In this document: positions 32,754 through 64,000 of the stretch, piece after piece | How positions within the stretch are numbered: the stretch's first letter is position 1 | How the letters are laid out: each line of letters begins with the position of its first letter | Assembly (NCBI GenBank): GCA_002269645.1 | Contig: NIVC01001785.1 | Coordinates: 62,001 to 126,000 of the forward strand | Direction: 5' to 3' | Length of the DNA: 64,000 bases | From: Macrostomum lignano | Lineage: Eukaryota | Made by a program: the position numbers and the translations under genes | Notes under the pieces: model-generated | What the model saw: only the letters and a program-made list of their open reading frames with translations | Told to the model about the DNA's origin: nothing | The model's database searches: none

Positions 32754-33829
32754 CTGATGTTTTTACAACCGAGTTTGGGGGGAGGCTTCGAGTGCGCACG
32801 AGAGAGAGAGGGGGGAATTAAGAAGTTTGGGGAACAAGTTTAAAGGAGCTGCTGCCCACCTCACTCTATAGTTTTTCTCTGGCAGGAGAGATTCACTGCT
32901 AGTTTTCTGCACGGCGCCCGTCTCTCAGAGCTCTTAGGGAAGCAGAACGGCAGTTGAGATCAAATCTCGACTGATGATTGCCGATCTGTCTTCTTTGTCA
33001 GAGAGCAAGAGGATCGAAAAACAGCGGTAGGAAGCGAATTTTGTTCTACTCGGAAATCCCACGTGTAATTAGTTGGCTTCTAATGCGACGATTGGGAGCT
33101 GACTTTGCAACAGCAGCGTAGGTTCAGAATGTTCCCATGGGATATTTAGCAATACCTCAACAGTTAAACTAATCTTGTTGACGTTAGCTAGGTATTTTTC
33201 CGGCGGAGTTTCTGTGGGCCTTTTTTTACGGTCTGCGAAATGCAAAAAGCCAATAAATTACTTCGAAATCCTTAACCCTAAGCCTAAGCCTAACTCGACA
33301 AAACGTTTTTTGTAGAACAATCAGCAAGTAAGTCCCATCGATTACAATGGAAAGTGGAATTCGCGGAAGAGTGTCTGTCTTCAGATTTAACCGAAGTCAA
33401 CAAATGCCTCAGAAATTCTTTTCTGTAACTAAGCTACTTGGTGCCACCCCGCTTCACTTATACTTATCATTTCAAGTTTGTCAAATTAGCTAAGCTCTAG
33501 TCCGGGCAGTGCAGCTTCTGTCAGCTGCATCGCTCTCCAGATTAGCCAGTGGCGCTTGTCTAAATGGGAGGACGGTCGCTGATGCAGAGGGGACAGCTGC
33601 TGTCCTGCAGATGGTGGCCGAATTAGCCAGTTCCCCTCTTGTCCGTTAGCCACCCCCCTTAGCGTCCCAACTGATTAATTTGCTTGTCATTGCACACCGA
33701 AGCATAAAGTATTGCAGTAAGCCATTACTAGTGAGTACATGTATCCTTCGGCTGCTAAAATTAATGTCTGGTATACGGATATCGAAGCTCTGAACCTCCT
33801 GAAGTTTAACAGTTTAGCATTCTAACAGT

Positions 33830-34690
33830 GTAAACTGAGCACAAATAGGGTTGTACACCCTGCCCTGACTGTCTCATTGTCCACAAACTGAGCACAAATA
33901 GGGTTGTACACCCTGCCCTGACTGTCTCATTGTCCGCAAACTGAGCACAAATAGGGTTGTACACCCTGCCCTGACTGTCTCATTGTCCACAAACTGAGCA
34001 CAAATAGGGTTGTACACCCTGCCCTGACTGTCTCATTGTCCACAAACTGAGCACAAATAGGGTTGTACACACTGCCCTGACTGTCTCATTGTCCACAAAC
34101 TGAGCACAAATAGGGTTGTACACACTGCCCTGACTGTCTCATTGTCCACAAACTGAACACAAATAGGGTTGTACACACTGCCCTGACTGTCTCATTGTCC
34201 ACAAACTGAGCACAAATAGGGTTGTACACCCTGCCCTGACTGTCTCATTGTCCACAAACTGAGCACAAATAGGGTTGTACACCCTGCCCTGACTGTCTCA
34301 TTGTCCACAAACTGAGCACAAATAGGGTTGTACACACTGCCCTGACTGTCTCATTGTCCACAAACTGAGCACAAATAGGGTTGTACACCCTGCCCTGACT
34401 GTCTCATTGTCCACAAACTGAACACAAATAGGGTTGTACACCCTGCCCTGACTGTCTCATTGTCCACAAACTGAGCACAAATAGGGTTGTGCACCCTGCC
34501 CTGACTGTCTCATTGTCCACAAACTGAGCACAAATAGGGTTGTACACCCTGCCCTGACTGTCTCATTGTCTACAAACTGAACACAAATAGGGTTGTACAC
34601 TCTGCCCTGACTGTCTCATTGTCTACAAACTGAACACAAATAGGGTTGTACACCCTGCCCTGACTGTCTCATTGTCCACAAACCGAACAC
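33830..34690. repeat. 53-bp minisatellite (AAACTGAGCACAAATAGGGTTGTACACCCTGCCCTGACTGTCTCATTGTCCAC)
   Basis: About 16 near-identical copies. Confidence 0.97.
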
Positions 34691-36470
34691 AAGCCCTCAG
34701 ACAAATTGCCATGCGTGAGCAGCGATGTTGAAAACCCGGAAACTTTGATGGAGAAGATGGGAAGCGATTTATGATTCATATGAAAAGAGATTACTGCGAA
34801 TAATTAGAAGGGCGAAGCGTGGCTCAAGCAGACAAAATTTCTGTATCCGCCATTTGGGCCCCTTTGAGTAGCTCTCACCTGCGCGATTCTGAGCTAACCT
34901 AGGGGGGGGGGGGCTAGGCCAGACGAGAGCAGTTTTTTCACTCTCTCTCGCAGCCTCACCAGAGCTTCATCAGCTCTACTGAGCTCGGATTCTGCATCAG
35001 CGCTCCCCTCTTTCAAGCTACATGCAGGATCTGCAGACTCTGCTCCCAGCTCTGCCTTTTTCTGGGTCGCAGGGCCATCTTTTTTTCCATACCTTTTTAA
35101 CCCCACCCTCCCCGCGATAATCCCCCATGATACGGTTCTTGGAAAAAGCTTCGCTCACATTTTCATCATTCACTGTCAGAGTGAGAAAGCAACAGGCATT
35201 CTGTATGCTTCAGAGCTGAGAATTTCTGTGACAGCTTTCTTTGTGTCAACATCAGTCTTGTTGTGAAATTGTTGCTTTTTTAAAGCGCATATTTCTTCGC
35301 GGCTCAGCATTGCTGCGGGATCATTTTGGTAGACCCTCTGCGGGAGCTGACGCGATGGCTAATGCAGTTCGAGTATGGATTTGGCTGGATTCTGGGGCCT
35401 GGCTGTGTTTGCTCACTGACTCGGAAGCCACTGCGAACTTCCAGTTTCTTAACTCCCTAGTAGTCTCTCCCCCTCTCTCTCTCCTTCATTCGTGCCTCGG
35501 GGCAATTTTCATTGGAAATCAATTCACTCTCTCCGGCAACGTGCCAGGTACTACTGACTACCTTACCTGCTTCGAACCGAGGCAATGCACTTGCATGCAA
35601 CTTCTTTCTCTTTAAACAAAATAATTTCTCTCAACACATTTCAGCTTAGTGAACGCAGCTAGAAGCCTCAAGCTTTGACCAGTTACAAGGAACAACAGGA
35701 AGTCTTTAAAGAGCTTCGTGCCGACGCCGGGCCGGGGCTCGCTTTGCTCCCCAGCCGCTGGCTTCGCCAACCTTTTAATTCATTGACGGAGCGGCCCACT
35801 TAGTGCCGGAGTGTCTTGGGGCAGCGGAGACCGGGGAGCCGACGACAGAGGGGCGGGTGGGGACTGAACTGGCTAGAAATATGGGGCGGATTCCGGGTCA
35901 GCGGTGTTTCTGAGGCTGGTGGGGGGGTTAGTCCTTTGTAAAATTGCCTTTTCCAAAAGATTAATAACCGACAGGCAGTCGCATCTGTTAGAAAACTGGG
36001 CCTGAACTGTCTCTTCGTCCTCTTTCTTTCCTCTGGGTAGCTGTCGGGACAACGGCTGTTCTCGGTGGCTGCGGCGAAACCAGCGATCGATGCAATGACT
36101 GAACGGCAAGGTCGAAGATGCGCCGAATTGCATCTTTACCGCTGTCACTGCTGCTGCGATCGTTCCGACACCAATTTTTTCCCTAAGTTTCACCTGCTCG
36201 CCTTTCTGATGGGTCCAAGGACTGCACGATGAATGATGGAAAGGATGATGCAGCAGTTCTGAATTGATACAAAAAGTAATGGAGGAAGCCTTCTTGGAAC
36301 AAAGGGTCCATCAAAACGGATCAAATGCCTCTTGAAGACAGGTAACTTGGCGACAACAAAGCATCCGTCTCGGCGCACAGGGTGTATGAGCATGAAAATG
36401 ACAAAATCGAAGCCGCTGTTACACCCCATCCGAGTACGTATCAGTGTGAGTGCCCAGGGGTCAGAGGTCA

Positions 36471-44943
<8,473 letters not shown>

Positions 44944-45199
44944 GACCAGTGAAGACGATATTTCTGTTTAATGAAAGACGGAGAAGGAGAGTGAAGTTCT
45001 TGTGCTGCTTCAGTTAGTCTTCACTGCGTCTATCCATGTTTTAATAACGAAAGTCGGACGCTAACCTAGCATAGTTGATAGCTGCAAAGTTATTAATCCG
45101 AAGTTCCAGAATTTGAGTTATTTCAGTCACTCTAGTGTTAAAATGGAGTGGCCTTCAGTTGCCTATCATTTCCTGGAAGCTAGGTGCAGGAGCCGAAAC

Positions 45200-45455
45200 T
45201 TTCCAGCCAATGAGAGACAGGCACACGGCAGGTTCTTTGATAAACAACCCGACCTACTGAGTTTGGTTGGCATCCGTGAGGGGCGGCTGATCGATTCATA
45301 TGGCTGCAGAGGTGAACGCGTCTAACTCTCGAGCCAAGCACCAAGGCACCGAGAGTGTACATGCCTGATGATGGGAAAGTCATCAGGACCGCTCAGGCCC
45401 TGTGTGATCGTGTGCATGAGTCCGTGTCTACTTAGAACAGTCCTCCTCCGAATAT
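45200..45455 (+). mobile_element. SINE-like fragment carrying the shared core
   Basis: CCAAGGCACCGAGAGTGTACATGCCTGATGATGGGAAAGTCATCAGGACCGCT at 45341-45393; the outer boundaries are approximate. Confidence 0.55.
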
Positions 45456-45987
45456 TTATTCCTACATACCCAAAAAGTACTTGAATAGCTGAAGGACACT
45501 TTAACCAGATGAAAACAGTCTGGTGCAATGGAATGCTATTGCAGCTAAGAATGCACTGAGGGCTTGTGTACTAGATGAAAGCATTTGGGCCCTCTTAACG
45601 ATTTAATAATAGTTCCGATGCTGATCCTGTCTCCAGAATACGAGAATTTACAATGCACCGCCAATCACTGCCAATTGGAGGCGCAGCTGACCCCCGTGAA
45701 GGTGCGCCGGTACCCCTAGACCGCGTGCGCTGGTCAATGAGAAGTGGGGAGACTGAGCTGCACTGCACCCCACCCCAGCCCCAGCTTTCCGTACAACAAC
45801 ATCCGGCATTCAATTGAGACGCTTGCAGCCAGCTGATTCTCAAGCCGGCTGCGGAGTATTCAGCTTGCGCACTTCCTCACTGCATTATTTGGGTTGCTCC
45901 ACCTTTGCCCGACTTTCAGTGAAACCTCTGGCCAAAGCTCTCTGGCACTGCTCTGCTGAGCCCTCAGTCCGCTCTATCAACTTTTTC

Positions 45988-46505
45988 CCTTAATCCGCTC
46001 CCTTAACCCGCTTCCTTAATCCTTCCCTTAATCCACTCCCTTAATCCACTCCCCTAATCCACTCCCTTAATCCGCTCACTGAATCCACTCCCTTAATCCG
46101 CTGCATTAATCCACTCCCTTAACCTGCTCCCCTAATCCACTCCTTAACCCGCTCCCCTATTCCGCTCCCTTAATCCGTTCCCTTAATCCACTCCCTTAAT
46201 CCGCAACCTTAATCTACTCCTTTAATCCGCTCCCCTAATCCGCTCCCCTAATCCGCTCCCCTAATCCGCTCCCTTAATCCGCTCACTGAATCCGCTTCCC
46301 TAATCCGCTCCCTTAATCCGCTCACTGAATCCGCTTCCCTAATCCGAAACCTTAATCCGCTCCCCTAATCCGCAACCTTAATTCACTCGATCGGTCTCCT
46401 CCATTTATCCGCCTCCCTCAATCCGCTTCCTCAATCCGCTTCCTCAATCCGCTTCCTCAATCCGCCCCCTCAATCCACTCCCTCAAATCTGCTCCCTTAA
46501 TCCAC
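45988..46505. repeat. 13-bp minisatellite (TTAATCCGCTCCC / CTAATCCGCTCCC)
   Basis: About 38 diverged copies. Confidence 0.9.
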
Positions 46506-47384
46506 TCCCCCACTCTCCGTCTTTTCGCTCTTTTTACTTGTAAAATTTTTTATTGTCCTTCCGCGCCCCGTTCACAATATCAGGTTTCAGCTCTGTGCCT
46601 CCATCAGACTCTGCAGCTGCACTCCTGCAGGACTTGCTTGCCGCGCGGAGCCAGCACTAGAAGACACAGGAAAAGTGGGATTTTTGCGCAACCCCTCTCC
46701 AAACCGTCCGAAAGCACCAACCGGCTTTAAAACTCCTCCTTTCCAGCCTTTTGTGTGCCAAGCTTTATGTCAGCGCACTGTTGATGTCGCCGCATTGGAG
46801 TCTGGGGCAGCAAGTGGGAGAGAAAGAGAAAGGAGAGACAGAAGAGATGAAGCAGTTCTTCTGCTTTCGGGTGCAAGGAAGTTGACGAAAAAAACTGTTT
46901 TTGAACGTTTACATTTCATCTCTGCATGCGCCTCTCTGCTCTTACGGACCTCTCTCTCTGTGTTTTGGTCACTCTGTATATGCATGCGAAGAGAAAACCT
47001 CTGGCAGTTTTTTCCTCTCCAAAGATCCCATTTCAGCAACCAGCTGCTGCCCTGAGAATGGACCTGCGAGTTTAGTTAATAATAGTAATCGTTTTCTATA
47101 CACCGCACACTTGTCCAGCCACACTTGTCCAGCCCTGGTTCCAGGGTGTGATGGGAGGAGACTCGCTGGATCAAATTTCTCAGCCGCCGCTGCTGCCCGC
47201 CACTTAGCAGGCAGCGGCTCTGGTTCCCCATAGTCACGATGAGTAAGTCTTATCCCAATTTTGAGCCATATACTCAACTCTTAATAACTGAATTTTTATG
47301 GATTAAAAATATCTAGATTTTATCTGGTAGTACATAAATAGCTTAAGTATCCATTCGATATCGGTGCTTCACTGCCGATTGTAG

Positions 47385-47985
47385 TGTTTACCAGCTCACT
47401 TTGTTGTTTACCAGCTCACTTTGATGTTTACCAGCTCACTTTGGTGTTTACCAGCTCACTTTGGTGTTTAACAGCTCACTTTGGTGTTTACCAGCTCACT
47501 TTAGTGTTTACCAGCTCACTTTGGTGTTTAACAGCTCACTTTGGTGTTTAACAGCTCACTTTGGTGTTTACCAGCTCACTTTGGTGTTTAACAGCTCACT
47601 TTGGTGTTTACCAGCTCACTTTAGTGTTTACCAGCTCACTTTGGTGTTTACCAGCTCACTTTGGTGTTTAACAGCTCACTTTGGTGTTTAACAGCTCACT
47701 TTGGTGTTTACCAGCTCACTTTAGTGTTTACCAGCTCACTTTGGTGTTTAACAGCTCACTTTGGTGTTTAACAGCTCACTTTGGTGTTTACCAGCTCACT
47801 TTAGTGTTTACCAGCTCACTTTGGCATTTACCAGCTCATTTTGGTGTTAAACAGCCCACTCTGGTGTTTAATAACCCATTGTGGTGTTTAACAGCCCACT
47901 CTGATGTTTAATAACCCATTTTGGTGTTTAACATCTCACTCTGGTGTTTAATAACCCATTGTGGTGTTTAACATTTAACAGCCTA
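47385..47985. repeat. 20-bp minisatellite (CCAGCTCACTTTGGTGTTTA)
   Basis: About 30 copies, degenerate at the right end. Confidence 0.95.
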
Positions 47986-48559
47986 ACAGTTTAACAGCCC
48001 ATTGTGGCGAGGAAAAGACTTCAAAACTTCTGGAATTTCAAAGCAAAAGGCAAAATAAAATAAAATAAATTTAGTGCACGATTTCACATACTGTACTCAG
48101 TAATACTCACCTCTTACGCTCGTTTATATTGATATTCACCTGAACACTCTGCGCCGTTTCGCTTCACAAGTTTTTTGTCTTACTAATCCAGTTTCAAATT
48201 GCTCAACCAAACAACTCGACAGTCAAGAAGATACTGGGAGAGAAAAGCGAGCTAGCAGCAATATTGGAACATTAAATCCCGAATCAGTTGGTGGCTGCCA
48301 CCATCTCGATTGTTGGGACGTCTCGGATTGGCTGATGCAGAATTGCCCGGCAGCGAATCAGGGGTCAGCGTGCATTTCGTCTACTAGGCAATAGCAGATT
48401 ACTTGCTTTATATTACTAAGAAGCTATGTTTTTAGTAGTATAAAAAGTTGTGAGTAGTCGTTATTGCAACTTAGAAAAGGAATAGGAGTGAATAGGTTGC
48501 GTACCTTATCTGCATGATTGGACGCTGACAATAAGATTCAGAATCTGAGAGTGCGATTA

Positions 48560-49310
48560 ACAGTCCAAGAGCGAGATGACGATATGAGAGTGAAATTGAT
48601 AATCTGAGTGAGATTGACGATTTAAGAGTGAGATTGATAATCTGAGTGAGATTGACAATTTGAGAGTGAGATTGATGATCTGATAGTGAGATTGACAATC
48701 CTCCGAGAGTGAGATTGACGATCTGAAAGTTAGAGTTAGATCTAAGAGTGAGATTGACGATATGCGAGTGAGATTGACGATTTGAGAGTAAGATTAACTA
48801 TCTATAGAGTTAGATTGAAGATCTGAGAGTGAGATTGAAGATCTGAGAATGAGATTGAAGATCTGAGAGTGAGATTGAAGATTTGAGAGTGAGATTGAAG
48901 ATCTGAGAGTGAGATTGAAGATCTGAGAATGAGATTGAAGATCTGAGAGTGAGATTGAAGATCTGAGAGTGAGATTGAAGATCTGAGAGTGAGATATATG
49001 ATCTAAGAATGAGATTGACGTTCTGAGAGTGAGATTGACAATCTGAGAGCAATATATTGATGGTCTGAGAGTGAGATTAACGGTCTGAGTGAAATTGACA
49101 GTCTAAGAGTGAGATTGAGGTTCTGAGAGTGAGGTTGAAGATCTGAGAGTGAGATTGACAATCTGAGAGTGAGATTGATGAGCTGAGAATAAGATTGACG
49201 ATTTGAGAGTGAGATTGACGATATGAGGGTGAAATTGAAAATCTAAGAATGAGAATGACGATATGAGGGGGAGTTTGACAGTCGGAGACTGAGATTGTAG
49301 CTCTGAGATG
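48560..49310. repeat. 20-bp minisatellite (ATCTGAGAGTGAGATTGAAG)
   Basis: Homogeneous centre with diverged flanks. Confidence 0.92.
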
Positions 49311-50954
49311 AGATAGGAACTAACTTGGATCTGCATGAGAATCTGTGAATTTGAACAGGATACGATTGAGCTAGTCAACACCTAAGCAGGAAAGCCTGCA
49401 GCTTACGTGGCAGTCGATGCTCAATGCTCATTATACGCTGGATGAGTAATGCGCCGCCAGGTTCAGTAATTACTGCGGCGCAGTCTCGGCAAGTCCGTGT
49501 ATTTGAAAAAATTAATAATGAGTCGGAGGAGGCTGGAGAGAGAGCACAGTAAAGCGATGAAGAATAATGAGACAGCCGTCATAAAATTGTGGCTCAGTTG
49601 AAGAGCTGGCCAGAAGCCTTGATGGACAGGCGGGCAAGTCGCGAAACAGCTTTGTTAATCACGCTGTACCTCGCCGCCGCAACCCCCCACTCATTGGGAG
49701 AAGCTGGAATTCGCGCCTCCCAGAGCGCGTGCTGGCAAGTTAGCGGGGCGAAAACAGAATGATGATATTTGGCCCGAACTGTGATTGCGTAATCATACTT
49801 CAAGTAATTCTCAAGCGACTAGCTCGTATATTTCTACTTCTGAGCCTCGTTACGTAGAATCATACGGTTTTACCACCATGGATGTGATGCGAGAAGTGAT
49901 CGGAAATTAACATGGCGTAAATGCAGGATTTTTACCAAAAAAGAAATAGTACTTTTTAGAAAGAAAGAATGTTAGCTGCAACTTACTGTTGTGCATCCAG
50001 GGTTTCCTGGATCAGGATGAGTACAGCTCGACAATTTTCATCAGATTTATTGACGCAGATGCGCAATTATAATGCTGTAGATTTATTTTCAGACAGAACG
50101 AAATTCTCCGTCCCTAAAGTCCTGGCCTATATGTTGCAAAGCAGGCTTATTCATATACGACATAGTCGCGCGGCTCGATGTTATGATAAAGGTTGATGGG
50201 CTAGCTCACAAAAGGGCGCGTACCTACTCTGCCACTCCACCGGACCGGGAAGTAGGCCCTCAAGGCTGGCCCGACACCAGGAGCGGAACCACTATCGACC
50301 AAACTGCATGTACATGCACTTCCCGGCCTTCCAGCTCATCAGCGTGGTGAACACCTTTATATAGGCATTAAAATTGTAAGTTGAGCAGTACCGCGGCCTG
50401 CAGACAAGCTGTAATGTAAAAGAAAATTCGGCCGGAGCCATTGGATGGATCACCACCGCCATAACCCGGTCTATCTATCCGCCTTAGAATCTGTCTTGAA
50501 ATTTTGTGTACCTGCCTAATCGGCTTACGAAACGGTTAGCTTGGGGACGTATCTGCAGCTTCCAGGAGGCAAATAGAGGATGAGTGCATATCTCCCACCA
50601 GCCTTTATCCACAGAATAAGGGGCCAGCAGGCATTGCAGTCTGTAGCACGTAGGCCTAGTCCACTGCATACGTACTTCACAGGCTAAATACGAAGTGTTG
50701 CTCTTTCGTGCTTCATACCCCGTGATAAAGTCGATTACAACCCAAAAGGTTGTTCATAACAATATTTACGAACGAAAATGCAAGCGAGGAAAAAACTGAA
50801 ACAAATATGTATTTTTCTGCCTCTTTTGATTATTGGCGTGCGAATTTTTACAACAAAGTTACAAAACTTTATTTTCTTTTTATTGCTTTTCCCAATAAAA
50901 ATTGTTTTACTTTTATCACACTGAAACTCAAGACTTTAAAAAGTTTTTTCTTAG

Positions 50955-51332
50955 GGGTCTCCCTAAAACACGCACCGCACCGCCCCGACCGCTACACATT
51001 ATAACATTTTTGTCAATGCAGTATTTCGATTGCAAAGAAAACTATTGGTTGTAAGAGTAACATAATAATTAACTTTAATTATTACCTTAAATATTATTAT
51101 TATTTTTCATATTCTCGTTTGCATTATTAAATTAAATTATTATTATTTCATTAATATTATTATTAATATCACTTATTATACACGGAATTTAATATTTTAA
51201 AGTAAAAAAACTAAGTTAAATAAAAGCTTGAAGCTTAACATAAAACGCATTTTGAAATGTCTTCAGTTATAGTCCAATTTGTTTTAACGTGTAGCGCTGT
51301 GGGGCGGGGCGGTGCGTGTTTTAGGGAGACCC
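50955..51332. mobile_element. 378-bp MITE with long TIRs and 8-bp TSD
   Basis: TIR GGGTCTCCCTAAAACACGCACCGC (24 bp perfect, about 50 bp imperfect) at both ends; TSD TTTCTTAG (50947-50954 and 51333-51340); AT-rich interior. Confidence 0.88.
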
Positions 51333-51668
51333 TTTCTTAGAACCAGGACTACATCTCGTCGATTTTCACAGAATAGTGACATTAAAGGGCATATTATTTA
51401 TTTTGCTGTATAAACCCACCATCTGTCTCCATCCCGAATATTGCTTAAGCCGAAACTTGGCAATTTTATTTTCATAAAGTTTTAATATCAGTTTAAGTGT
51501 GCTTTGCGCATGTCAATGACGAATTGTTGATCCCTTTTCATTTTCTACAATTTTCTAAGCGCATTAGAAAATTAACTACTGCACTTTCCAGTTGAAGTTT
51601 TTAAAAAGTGATTATGAATAAAAACTGATAGTAATTAAGAAAGACCAAAATTAATTTCTCATGATAAT

Positions 51669-63142
<11,474 letters not shown>

Positions 63143-63684
63143 TAGGCGGTTGCTTATTTTGCTAACTGCAATGAGAAACAGGACACGTGTGCACTTGATT
63201 TCGTAATTATAGAAATTACACAGCTGCTGTTTAAATGCGATGTCACGTTCATTACTACTACTGTGAAACTCATTTGAGATACGGTCTGTCCGTGATGTAG
63301 CGATACAGAGGAGTTTGTATCCAGTTTTAATCCTTCCCCTATCCTATTTGAGAACGTGCCAAAAAGATTGGAGACAGCTAAAAGAAGCAGATGCTTTGAA
63401 ACTGGGAGGGGATGGGGTGAAGAGGTAACTCTGTCTCATATTGCCGATGGGATCGAATCTATCAAGTTTCTTTTGCCTAAATTGGGACTGCAAATTGCGC
63501 GTGCGCGCCTGGTGGAGACAACAACCTGGAGTCGTTGCACTGAGGCTTCCCAACTTTTTTAAAAAGAAAAAATCACTGTTTTATCTTGTAAATACGTCAA
63601 CGTTAGTTAAAGCCTTTACTCGTATCAAGGATATGCCTTTGTGATTGACTGACAGGTGTCAGATTCTGTTGTATCTACGAGTAA

Positions 63685-64000
63685 GTCTCTGCCTCCGTGT
63701 GTCACCCAGTCTCTGCCTCCGTGTGTCACCCAGTCTCTGCCTCCGTGTGTCACCCAGTCTCTGCCTCCGTGTGTCACCCAGTCTCTGCCTCCGTGTGTCA
63801 CCCAGTCTCTGCCTCCGTGTGTCACCCAATCTCTGCCTCCGTGTGTCACCCAATCTCTGCCTCTGTGTGTCACCCAATCTCTGCCTCCGTGTGTCACCCA
63901 GTCTCTGCCTCCGTGTGTCACCCAATCTCTGCCTCCGTGTGTCACCCAGTCTCTGCCTCCATGTGTCACACAGTCTCTGCCTCCGTGTGTCACACAGTCT
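63685..64000. repeat. 24-bp minisatellite (GTCTCTGCCTCCGTGTGTCACCCA)
   Basis: At least 13 copies, running off the window. Confidence 0.95.

Noticed and set aside
34894-35106. 70-aa minus-strand ORF as a protocadherin exon
   Set aside because: No clear splice signals, and it would terminate the protein in a poly-C run.
45355-45390. Hammerhead ribozyme at CTGATGA-TGG-GAAA
   Set aside because: No room for stem II; the sequence is a simple CCTGATGA/TCATCAGG hairpin within the SINE core.

Overview
Eukaryotic (animal) nuclear DNA with canonical GT-AG spliced genes, very rich in minisatellites. The repeat style and the RTE-type fragment are most reminiscent of a free-living flatworm such as Macrostomum (inference, not verified). 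Three protein-coding genes were reconstructed by hand. (1) A complete 8-exon CYLD-type deubiquitinase (+, 12323-16773, 836 aa, intact Cys/His/Asp triad). (2) A 7-cadherin-repeat, delta-type protocadherin (-). Its ectodomain and TM exons (44943-36608) are solid; a phase-consistent chain of small cytoplasmic exons down to a stop at 26300 is tentative. (3) The first six exons of a GRK4/5/6-family GPCR kinase (+, from 51669, running off the window). The rest is non-LTR retrotransposon fragments, a probable LTR with a tRNA-Leu PBS, two MITEs with 8-bp TSDs, several tRNA-derived SINEs (one CORE/MIR-like) and about 25 distinct tandem arrays, most of them intronic. There is no CRISPR array, rRNA or intact tRNA. 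I cannot claim a clearly new biological system. The best leads are mutually complementary satellites in GRK introns, a B-box satellite in a protocadherin intron, a modular SINE core, the remodelled CYLD N-terminus and a decayed hammerhead-like motif.
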